NCBI GenBank assembly: GCA_965248925.1
Contig: CBDFLE010000006.1
Location: 3,200,001 to 3,264,000, forward strand
Direction of reading: 5' to 3'
DNA length: 64,000 nucleotides
Source: Candidatus Multivoradales bacterium
GTDB taxonomy: Bacteria > Acidobacteriota > Thermoanaerobaculia > Multivoradales > J023
Below, in pieces: positions 19,339-27,777 of the stretch (position 1 is its first letter; the number at the start of each line of letters is the position of its first letter). A model generated the notes under the pieces. That model was given only the letters and a program-made list of their open reading frames with translations, did no database searches and was not told the DNA's origin. Made by a program: the position numbers and the translations under genes.

Positions 19339-21512
19339 GCTCTCGACTCCTGAGTCTTGCCGCGGGCGAGCCTGACCGCCGCGGACAGTCGCTCAAGGCC
19401 ATCGCCCGCCGCCGAGCCGTTGTGGCCGCGGGCTGCTGCTTCGATCTGCTCAGCAGCTGCGGCGACGCAACTCACGAGCTGCTTCCAGGCCGTCCAGGTG
19501 GGGCATCTGCCAATCCATCAGAATCGCCTCGAATGGCGAGGTGGTTGCCAAGCGAACCGCCTCGCGGCCATCGCTGGCGATCTAGCAACGCAAGCCCCAG
19601 CGTTCGAGCATGCGCTGGCAGAGTTCGGCCAATGGTGCCGAATCCTCTGCGATCAGCACCCGTCCGGTGAGCGGGGGCAGAGTGGGGAGAGTGGTGTTGC
19701 TGAGCTCCAGTTCGGCGCTTACCTCACGCTCCCCCCAGTCGCCACAACCCACCACCGGTACCCGGACCTCGAAGCGTGAGCCCTCACCGGGGTGGCTTTC
19801 GACGCTGATCGAGCCGTCCATCAGTTCCAGCAGCTGCTGAGTGATCGACAGCCCGAGTCCAAAACCTCGGCGCGCTCCAGCAACGGATGGCTCGAGTTGG
19901 GTGAAGCGCTGGAATAGTCGTGCCTGGTCTGCCGGGCTGATCCCAACGCCGGTGTCGATGACTTGAAAGACCAAGGTCGCGGTGGCTGGCTTTTCGTTGG
20001 CCGCGGTGGTGCCGCCAAGGCGCAGAGTGACGCTTCCCTCCTCGGTGTAGCAGATCGCATTGTAGAGCAGATTCGACAGCACCTGGCGTAAGCGCAGGGA
20101 GTCGGCGGCGAAGCTCCATGGCAGCCATGAGCCGGTGTCGATGGCTAGCTTTAGACCATGTTCGACGGCGCGGGGAGCGAAGACCGATCGCAAATGTGCT
20201 ACCAGGCGGGCCAGCTCGGTGCGTCGCACTTCCAGCTGCAAACGGCCGGCCTCGATGCGGCTGATGTCCAGCAGATCGCTGAGCAAGCGGTTGAGATGCT
20301 GGCCATTGTGGCGAATCACGTCGAGGAACTGCGAGATTTCCTGCGGCTCGTGCCGCGAGTCGCTGAGCAGGTCGACGTAGCCCAACATAGCCGCCAGCGG
20401 GGTACGGATCTCGTGGCTGATGTTGGCCAGAAAGCGGCTCTTGGCCTGATTGGCGGCGTCGGCCGACTCCTTGGCCTCGAGCAGCTCGGTGGTGCGCTCG
20501 TCGACCCGTGCTTCGAGTTCGCCTCCGGCGATTGAACGCGAGGCCTGCTCGAAGCGCAACACCGGGTCAGCGATCCAGCGGGCGGTGACCAACCCGAGCA
20601 GAGTAGTCAGCATCATGGCGGCGAGCGACAACCAGAGGGTGGTGCGGCGCAGCTCGACCAACGGTGCACCAACGGTGCCAGGAAGTCAGATTCGGGCACC
20701 ATGCCCTTGGCGGGTCGCACCAACGAGGCGTCGTCCGCTGAGGAAGCGATCAGCTCTCCCGAGCGTTCGAGGATGTAGGTCTGGCCGCTGCGGCCGATCT
20801 TCAGGCCACGGAGGAACTGGTTGACTCGGGCCAGGGTCAGGTCGACGCCGAGAACGCCGAGCAGTTGGCCGGTCTGGTTGTAGAGCGGTTGGCTGGCGGC
20901 GATGGCCAAGCTGTCTTCGGCAAAGAAGGTGTAGACCGCGCTCCAGGTGGGTCCGCCAGCTGCCACCGCGGCGCGGAACCAGGGGCGTTGTCGGGCATCA
21001 AAGCCCGGGGTCGATTTGAGCAGTTCGCCGGGGCGGCCCGTGGCGTCGGCTCGGTACTCTGTGCGGGTGCCGGCGATCAAGCCAAGCTGGGAGTCGAGGT
21101 CGGTGCTGTCGACGACGATGGTGCCATCGGCGATACGGCCGGCACCGGCGGCGCCGCCGGCCGCCGAGGCCCAGAAAGCAAACGACGGTTCGGGTTGGAT
21201 CGCTAGCTGGCGGTGGAAATGCTGGCCCAGGGCGGTCGGGTGGTGGGAACCAAGCTCGCCGAGTTCGATAGCGGCGGCGGTCTGTTGGTTGATCTGCCAA
21301 GCGGATTCTAGGTGGGCGGCGACGTACTGCTCTATCCGGGCCGTAATCTCGCTACGCAAGTGCCAAGTCACCTGCTCGACCGCTTCACGGCCATTGCGCA
21401 GCGACAACCAGCCGACCAACGCCACGGCGATGAACAGCTGAAGCAGAAAAGGGACCAGCAAGACCGCTCTGAGCGGTAGCTGGAGAGTGCCGGATCGCTG
21501 CGCGCGCATCAT
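19335..21512 (-). pseudogene. Disrupted hybrid histidine kinase (Cache-HAMP-HisKA-HATPase-REC-Hpt)
   Basis: 11-bp tandem duplication at 20657-20678 shifts the frame; TAG at 19582-19584 inside the receiver; collapsed HAMP and REC-Hpt regions; SHEIRTPL H-box. Confidence 0.85.
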
Positions 21513-21609
21513 CGATTCCTCGTCGCCAAATTAACGCAACCGGAAATAGGCCCCTTGGGTTGCACGATTCCTAAGCGCATAAAGTGAGGGCCGCGGCCGT
21601 ATTCAAGAC

Positions 21610-22119
21610 ATGAGCCCTAAGCACTTATCACCTGCCGTCAGCCGGCGTCAGATCTCTCTCGATCCCCGCGGGATCAAGATCCTCGGTGTGGTGACTTGGG
21701 TGGTAATTCTGCTGGGGTTCGTCTGCACCGTGCCGCTGGGAACGAACAAATACTCGTCGGGGGAGATCTTCTTCATCCTAGCCTTCACCGTCGCCGGTTT
21801 GCTCCTCACGGTGGTCAGCTTGAAGAGATTCCGCAAGGTCAGCTTGGCGGGCGACAGTCTCTACCTGGCGGATGCTCGAGGCGATATCCTGGTGCCTTTG
21901 GCGCAGATTGACAGCGTCGACGAGATCGGCGACCGGTCCGGTGGTCACCGCACCTTGCGGATCCGCTTGCGCGAGCCGATCGGACTCGGCAAGGAGTTCT
22001 ACTTCACCGTCACCAACACCGAGCAGCGGCCTTATGAAATCTTCTCTTACCGCGAGCCACATCCGTTGGTCGCGGAGTTGCGCGAGCAGGTCGAGGCTGC
22101 TGTCGCCGCGGGTTCTTAG
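21610..22119 (+). CDS. Hypothetical two-TM membrane protein
   Basis: Two hydrophobic helices followed by a soluble beta-rich domain. Confidence 0.65.
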   Translation: MSPKHLSPAVSRRQISLDPRGIKILGVVTWVVILLGFVCTVPLGTNKYSSGEIFFILAFTVAGLLLTVVSLKRFRKVSLAGDSLYLADARGDILVPLAQIDSVDEIGDRSGGHRTLRIRLREPIGLGKEFYFTVTNTEQRPYEIFSYREPHPLVAELREQVEAAVAAGS

Positions 22120-23174
22120 AGCCCCAACAACTGCTGGCGCTCGGCGCGACTCGCCGCGATCGCTCGGTGGAGAGTCCACTGGCCGCGGGCTCGGGCCAGG
22201 TGGTGTTCGCCGGCGCTGCGGTAGCGCCCTGGATTCCAGCCAAAGTAACGCTCGGCCAAGGCGTCGGCGGCGAAGCGGCTGGCTAGTTCCAGGCTGATCC
22301 ACTCTGGGCCGAGCAGCAGGGCTTGCCGTTCGGCGGCAGCGAGCAAGCGACCCAAGCCTTGGCAGTAGCCGTCCAGGGAGGCGGCGAAGAGTTCGAGGTC
22401 GAAGCCAGGATCAGGGTCGTCTTCAGGACCGCCAGCGCACCAGGAGCGCCAGGCGTCGCCGAGTTCATGGGCGAGGTGCATCGGCGCCACGGTGTCGAGG
22501 TCGATCAAGCAGATCGCCTGTGCTTGCTCGGCTGCCGCGTCAGCTTCGAAGAGCAGGTTGTCGAGTTTCAAGTCACCGTGACAGATCCGATCGGCGAGCT
22601 GGCCCAGGGGTTCTAGTGTCGCCGCTGTTTGTTGGATCTCCGCCGCCAGGGGAGCGATCTGGTCGAGCAAGCGGTGTCGAGGATGCTGCCGCAGCGCTCG
22701 GTGCAGGGTGTCGAGATGGAAGGGGGTGTCGTGCACGCTGCGGCGCAGGCCGACGAAGTGATGTTGGGCTCCATCTAAAGCACCGTGGAAACGACCCACC
22801 AGGTGGCCCGCTTGCCAGGCTTGGTGGGGGCCGCTGGTCACCGCCCACACGCGTCCATCGACATAGCTCATCAGGCGCCAGACTGAGCCATCGTCCAATT
22901 CTGTCCACAGGTTGTTGTCAGCGGTTCGCTCGAGCCGCGGAGTGGTCAGGCCGGCGGCGGCCAGTTTTTCGGTGACGAAGTTGATGTTGCGGTGCACCTG
23001 AGGTGAGAACACTGGGTTGAGGCGCTGCAAGATAAATCGCCGCCGGTCGCACTCGACCCGGAAAGTATCGTTGATCAAGCCGCCGCCAAAGGGCTTGGCG
23101 GAACCTCCGCGAGCGTTGGGGAAGGCGGCCAGAGCAAGCTCGATGGACTCGGTGTTGGGGGCGACTTTGGGCAT
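22116..23174 (-). CDS. APH/choline-kinase-like phosphotransferase (N-acetylhexosamine kinase-like subgroup)
   Basis: GGGLINDTF, ILQRLN, HGDLKLDNLLF, LIDLDT motifs. Confidence 0.85.
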   Translation of the reverse strand: MPKVAPNTESIELALAAFPNARGGSAKPFGGGLINDTFRVECDRRRFILQRLNPVFSPQVHRNINFVTEKLAAAGLTTPRLERTADNNLWTELDDGSVWRLMSYVDGRVWAVTSGPHQAWQAGHLVGRFHGALDGAQHHFVGLRRSVHDTPFHLDTLHRALRQHPRHRLLDQIAPLAAEIQQTAATLEPLGQLADRICHGDLKLDNLLFEADAAAEQAQAICLIDLDTVAPMHLAHELGDAWRSWCAGGPEDDPDPGFDLELFAASLDGYCQGLGRLLAAAERQALLLGPEWISLELASRFAADALAERYFGWNPGRYRSAGEHHLARARGQWTLHRAIAASRAERQQLLGL

Positions 23175-23269
23175 TGTCAAGTTTGTTTCGTTAACTCCAA
23201 GAATAGCATGGCGCCGCAATGCGGCAGGAAGATGGCAATCGCTCGGCGCAACCGGGGCATAATGCCCTC

Positions 23270-24304
23270 ATGCAGAAGGTTGAAACGAGCAGCAAGCCAA
23301 ACATTGCCGGAGTCGAGCGCTATGAGACTTGTGCCGGTCGGCAGATTTATCGGTTGAGGGTGGAGGTCTTCCCTGGCTTTTCTGGCAATGCCTATCTGGT
23401 GGACGACGGCGACCAGCCGATCTTGGTGGATTGCGGCTCGGGCCAGCCGCAGGCCAATCTCGACCTCGACCGGCGGCTGGCCGAGGTTGGCGAGCTGGGT
23501 CGGTCGATCGGCTGGAGCGATTTGCGGGCGGTGGTGCTGACCCACGGTCACATCGATCATTTTGGTGGCCTGTCCCATCTGCGCCACCACACGGACGCGC
23601 CGGTGCTGATCCACGCTCTCGATCGGCGGCTGCTGACCGGTTATCAAGACCAGTTGTTGGCGGCGTCGCGCAGGATCGACTCGTTCTTTGCCGATGCTGG
23701 AATCGATGCCCAGCGGCGACGGCGCTACATGGAACTCTACAAGAGCATGAAGGGGTTGTTCACTTCGGTCGAGGTCGATGAGCTAGTTGCCGAGGGACCG
23801 ATTCTCGGTGGCGCTCTCGAAGCGATTGCTACTCCGGGGCACTGCCCGGGCCATGTTTGCTTGCGGGTTGACGACGTTCTGCTGACCGGTGATCTCGTGC
23901 TGGCGGCGATCTCGCCCAATATCTGGCCCGAGACAATTACCCCGAGCACCGGTCTGCTGCACTACCTGGAGTCCCTCGACCGGGTGACGGCGCTGCCAGA
24001 TATCCGGCTGGGGTTGGGTGGTCATGGCGGACCCATCGACGACATCGCGGCCCGCGCCCAGGCTATCCGCGCCGAACACAGCGCGCGGCTGGAGAGCATT
24101 CTCGAACTCTGTGCCGAGCCGCGAACGGTGGCCGAGCTGAGCAAGATGATCTTTGGCGAGGTACGCAGCTACCACATCCTGCTGGCTATCCTCGAAACCG
24201 GGGCCCTGGTGGAGTACCTCGAGCTGCATGGTGAGTTGCTGCTGACCAACGTTGCCGAGCTGGAGTTGCCCGGTTCTCCGGCTCTGCGCTACCAAAAAGC
24301 CTGA
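23270..24304 (+). CDS. MBL-fold metallo-hydrolase
   Basis: THGHIDHFGG, TPGHCPGH, LTGDL, GHG motifs. Confidence 0.9.
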   Translation: MQKVETSSKPNIAGVERYETCAGRQIYRLRVEVFPGFSGNAYLVDDGDQPILVDCGSGQPQANLDLDRRLAEVGELGRSIGWSDLRAVVLTHGHIDHFGGLSHLRHHTDAPVLIHALDRRLLTGYQDQLLAASRRIDSFFADAGIDAQRRRRYMELYKSMKGLFTSVEVDELVAEGPILGGALEAIATPGHCPGHVCLRVDDVLLTGDLVLAAISPNIWPETITPSTGLLHYLESLDRVTALPDIRLGLGGHGGPIDDIAARAQAIRAEHSARLESILELCAEPRTVAELSKMIFGEVRSYHILLAILETGALVEYLELHGELLLTNVAELELPGSPALRYQKA

Positions 24305-24327
24305 ATCGGCAGTCTTTGATGTCGCAA

Positions 24328-26001
24328 CTAGGGTGATTTCGACCACAAGTCTTGAGCAAGGCGAATTAGCCGTGCCAGCTCAGCGGCTTGAGGGTCGCCG
24401 GTTTGGCGAGCTAGCGAGGTGGCGACGGTGGCGAGCCTATCGGCGTCTGGTGGGCTTGCCGCGGGCGATTCACCGAGCAGCAGGCCGTACTCTGCCACCA
24501 GGCTGCATAGCCTCATGGCTGGGCTCGCCGCGGTCCAGTTCAAGGCGAAGTCTTCGCTGCCGATGGGTTGCTCAAGGGTCCTCGCCTCGCCGCCTCCTAC
24601 CGCGGTCCAGCGTAGCTTGGCGGTGGCGATGAGGTCGTTGGGTTGGAGCGGCCGGTGTAGTTCGACTTGCCACATCGCGGTTAGCTGCTGGCCGTTGCCG
24701 ACTGCACCTCCAGTCGCCGAGTAGGCGCTGAGTCGCGGCTCGACGGAATTGGCTCGGCTAGCAGGGTTGGCAGTGCCAGGGTCCCGATAGCCCAACAAGC
24801 GATAGCTCGATACCGACCGTGGATCGAATTCAATCCATGCCTGGGCGGCGGTGGCAATCTTCCGGCGGTCCGGAGAGGGCCCCTGGTCGACGATCCCGGC
24901 CCGGCGACTGGTGATCGTCACCCGGAGCAGGTATTTGGGTGCGCCGCCAGCGAAGATCGAGGGGGCGCCTTCGACCCGCAGCGCAAAGTCGGCTGTCGTC
25001 GGCGCGGTGTCGCCGTAATCGAAGTGGTTCAACAACTGCTCGATCCGCACTGTTTCACGGGGTGGCATTTGGCCTGCTTCGAGGGAGGACCGCAAGACCG
25101 CGAAGGAGGTGTTGCCGACCTCCAGCCCAAAGTTGGAAAGAGGGGAGTCGTCAGGGTCGAAGAGCGGTTGAGAACCGCTGCTCGGTGACGGGGCTAGCCG
25201 CACTTGAGCGAGCTGCTCTTCGAGTTGCCGGGAGTGATGAATCGTGGCGGTCGATCGCCTGCGGGCCGCCTGCACCTCGATATCTTGCAACTCATTGAGC
25301 GGCGCCGCGGTGGTGGCGACGCGGTGGGTCGCCTGGTCAATGCTGGGAGGTGGCGTCTTGGCTAGTGGTGACGAGCGTGCTAGGTCGGTGGCGATCTCGG
25401 CCGCGGCTCGTTGCGGCTCTTGCAGCCGTGGCTTCGCGGTGGAAACCGATGGGGCTTGCTTGCTCAACCTTCTCTGGGCGAGCGCCGCCTCGTTGAGCTC
25501 TGCGGGTGCTATGGCTGCTGGTGCCGAGAGGGCCGCGGTTGCGGCCGCCTGGGTCGCAGGTACTGCTGGCGGCGCGGAATCTGCGCGGCGAACATGAGTC
25601 TGCTCGGCCGCCACGGTGGGCGGGTCGGTGGGCGGAAGTTCCTTCGGTGTAGTCTTGCTGGGCGAGGTTGTTGGCGCTGGCGGCGCCATGGTCTGGGCCG
25701 CTCCAAGATCAGCCGCGCGCTCGAATCCTCCGTCGCGGGTCATCGGCTGGCCTACTTGCAGGTAGAGCCAGCCGGCGCCGATCACGCCGATCAGGCTGGC
25801 GGCGAGCAGACGGAGTCGTGGCCAGCGACGTTGGCCCGGTGGCGGTTTGCTGAAGGGGTCGGCTGGTGGTAGCTCCAGCTGTTCCGGAATCTCAGCTTGA
25901 ATGCGTTCGAGGAGGTCCGGGGGAACTGCAATGTCGGTCGACGGTGGCGCCGGGTAATGGCGCAACAGCTGGCGTAGGTTGGCATCGGTCAGTCTGCTCA
26001 T
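24328..26001 (-). CDS. Putative anti-sigma factor: one TM, Pro/Ala linker, YfbK-like domains without the central vWA domain
   Basis: TGATG coupling to the ECF sigma; PLSNFGLEVGNTSF..VRIEQLLNHFDY and IEFDPRSVSSYRLLGY segments resemble the YfbK flanking domains. Confidence 0.7.
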   Translation of the reverse strand: MSRLTDANLRQLLRHYPAPPSTDIAVPPDLLERIQAEIPEQLELPPADPFSKPPPGQRRWPRLRLLAASLIGVIGAGWLYLQVGQPMTRDGGFERAADLGAAQTMAPPAPTTSPSKTTPKELPPTDPPTVAAEQTHVRRADSAPPAVPATQAAATAALSAPAAIAPAELNEAALAQRRLSKQAPSVSTAKPRLQEPQRAAAEIATDLARSSPLAKTPPPSIDQATHRVATTAAPLNELQDIEVQAARRRSTATIHHSRQLEEQLAQVRLAPSPSSGSQPLFDPDDSPLSNFGLEVGNTSFAVLRSSLEAGQMPPRETVRIEQLLNHFDYGDTAPTTADFALRVEGAPSIFAGGAPKYLLRVTITSRRAGIVDQGPSPDRRKIATAAQAWIEFDPRSVSSYRLLGYRDPGTANPASRANSVEPRLSAYSATGGAVGNGQQLTAMWQVELHRPLQPNDLIATAKLRWTAVGGGEARTLEQPIGSEDFALNWTAASPAMRLCSLVAEYGLLLGESPAASPPDADRLATVATSLARQTGDPQAAELARLIRLAQDLWSKSP

Positions 26002-26600
26002 CACGGGTTTTCCTCCAGGGTTACCCGTAGCCAACCCATGGCCCTTTTCAGGCGTTTGCGGATGGCGGCGCCGGTCACCTTCTCGGAACGGGCGATCTCG
26101 GCCACCGAACAGTCGCCCCAGAACCGTGCGCAAACGGTGAAGCGGAGTTCCTCGGGCAGGCCGACGACCGCTCGGCGCAAGCGGTCGGCAACCTCGCCGC
26201 GGTCGAGGCTTTGGTCTTGGCCGGGGGCTGGATCGCGCAGGACGGCCGCTTGCTCTTCGGCTAATGGCTCGACCGGTTGAGGCCGCCGGATGTGGTTGAG
26301 GAAAGTGGTGTAGGCGATGCGGTAAAGCCAGGTGGCGAGGCGGGAGCCGCCGCGAAACCCCGGCAGCGCCTTCCATGCCTTGCGGTAGGTCTCTTGGGTC
26401 AGATCAGCAGCCAGCTCGCGATCACCACCGGTGAGGCGGAAAAGGGCGGTGAAAGTGGTGCGGTAGGTGCTGGCGGCGAGCTGCTCCGCGGCTTGCCGGT
26501 CGCCGCGGCCGAAGGCGGCCAGAAGGCGGTTTTCTTGCTGTGCTTCGAGCATGGTTGATGCCACGGCCAGGGGGTCGGGGAGTGCGCTCAATCTTGCCAT
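26001..26600 (-). CDS. ECF RNA polymerase sigma factor
   Basis: ADLTQETY, LATWLYRIA and region-4 HTH; AAGGAG RBS before ATG 26600. Confidence 0.92.
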   Translation of the reverse strand: MARLSALPDPLAVASTMLEAQQENRLLAAFGRGDRQAAEQLAASTYRTTFTALFRLTGGDRELAADLTQETYRKAWKALPGFRGGSRLATWLYRIAYTTFLNHIRRPQPVEPLAEEQAAVLRDPAPGQDQSLDRGEVADRLRRAVVGLPEELRFTVCARFWGDCSVAEIARSEKVTGAAIRKRLKRAMGWLRVTLEENP

Positions 26601-26705
26601 CGCACTCCTTTGGACACCGGCGCCGCCGAAAATGCAACTAGCGCGGGCCGGTGCCATGACTGAAGGCTCCTCCCGCTGCCCTGTCGTGGCTCGGTCGCGC
26701 CGATC

Positions 26706-27056
26706 TCAGCGCTTGCGGCGGAAGGCCCGGCGGAGGCGGTCGGTGAAGGTCGTCGCGCTCTTCAGTGACGGCTGCTCGCCATGGAGATAGGTGTCGAGCT
26801 TGCCACGGGCAATCGCCGCTTCGATGGTATGCAAGATCTTCTCAATCTTCATCCGCACCGCCTGCTCCTGGTCCTGTTCTTCCAGCGCCTGCTCGATGAT
26901 TTCGCTGTAGGAGATCCGCTTTAGCCACAACACGGTGCCATGGTCGTAGATCTTCACTTCAAAGGAGGCCGCCGCTACCCCCAGGTCTTCGGCCTGGATG
27001 TGGTAGGTCAGGTCCTGATGTTGGAAGTATCGATTGAGACAGGGGATCAGTGCCAT
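26706..27056 (-). CDS. Conserved hypothetical protein
   Basis: LNRYFQHQDLTYHIQAEDLG resembles the GxNxN...YHVQTEDxG domain that I recall from myxobacterial/acidobacterial proteins. Confidence 0.6.
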   Translation of the reverse strand: MALIPCLNRYFQHQDLTYHIQAEDLGVAAASFEVKIYDHGTVLWLKRISYSEIIEQALEEQDQEQAVRMKIEKILHTIEAAIARGKLDTYLHGEQPSLKSATTFTDRLRRAFRRKR

Positions 27057-27227
27057 GGCATTGCAATCCTGGGGGGGTTGAGGAAGGTCAAGAATAGAGC
27101 ATATCAGGCCCAAGAAAGGGCAGAGTGATCTGAAATATATGCGCGTCAGCGGCGTTTCTAGAAACAAGGCCAGCTTTCAGGCCGGTCCACGAGATGATCT
27201 CGTGGCCGACGAACGGAGGATTTAGAT

Positions 27228-27776
27228 GTGTTAGCCGCCATCCCAGCACAGTCGCTGCCGACCCCCTCGGCCAACCTGGAGGGTATCTTCCAGCAACACC
27301 ATGGGCGGATCTTCGGTGCTGCGTACCGGATAACCGGTACCGCTCAAGACGCCGAAGATGTGCTGCAGACGGTGTTTCTACGCTTGTTGCGTCGCCAGGA
27401 CGAAGTGGATTTGTCGCCCAGCCCGGCGAGCTATCTGCATCGGGCAGCGGTGAATGCTTCTTTGGACTTGTTGCGTTCCCGCTCTCGGTCGCGCTCCTTG
27501 CCCCTTGATGAGCTGCACGGCGAGCTGTCAGCGAGTGATCATCTAGCGCCAGACCGTCGCCAGCACGATCGTGAGCTGCGGCGCTGCCTGCGCCAAGCGA
27601 TGTTGGAGCTGTCGGAGAAAACCGCCGAGATCTTCACTCTGCGCTACCTGGAAGGCCTACAGAATCGTGACATCGCCGAGCTGATGGGAATCTCCCAGGG
27701 GCGGGTGGCGGTGACTCTGCACCGGGCTCGCGGCCGGGTTAGAAAAGAGATGCGTTCATTCCGAGGAGGACAGTGA
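27228..27776 (+). CDS. ECF RNA polymerase sigma factor
   Basis: AEDVLQTVFL, YLHRAAVN, DIAELMG..VAVTLHRAR; GGAGGA RBS. Confidence 0.93.
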   Translation: MLAAIPAQSLPTPSANLEGIFQQHHGRIFGAAYRITGTAQDAEDVLQTVFLRLLRRQDEVDLSPSPASYLHRAAVNASLDLLRSRSRSRSLPLDELHGELSASDHLAPDRRQHDRELRRCLRQAMLELSEKTAEIFTLRYLEGLQNRDIAELMGISQGRVAVTLHRARGRVRKEMRSFRGGQ

Positions 27777-27777
27777 G

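Noticed and set aside
22116-24304. Antibiotic resistance pair (APH plus metallo-beta-lactamase)
   Set aside because: Only superfamily-level motifs; the MBL lacks a signal peptide and the kinase resembles sugar-kinase-like members
26002-26376. N-terminal extension of the 682-aa ORF
   Set aside because: Overlaps the ECF sigma in another frame; the TGATG-coupled start at 26001 is more plausible
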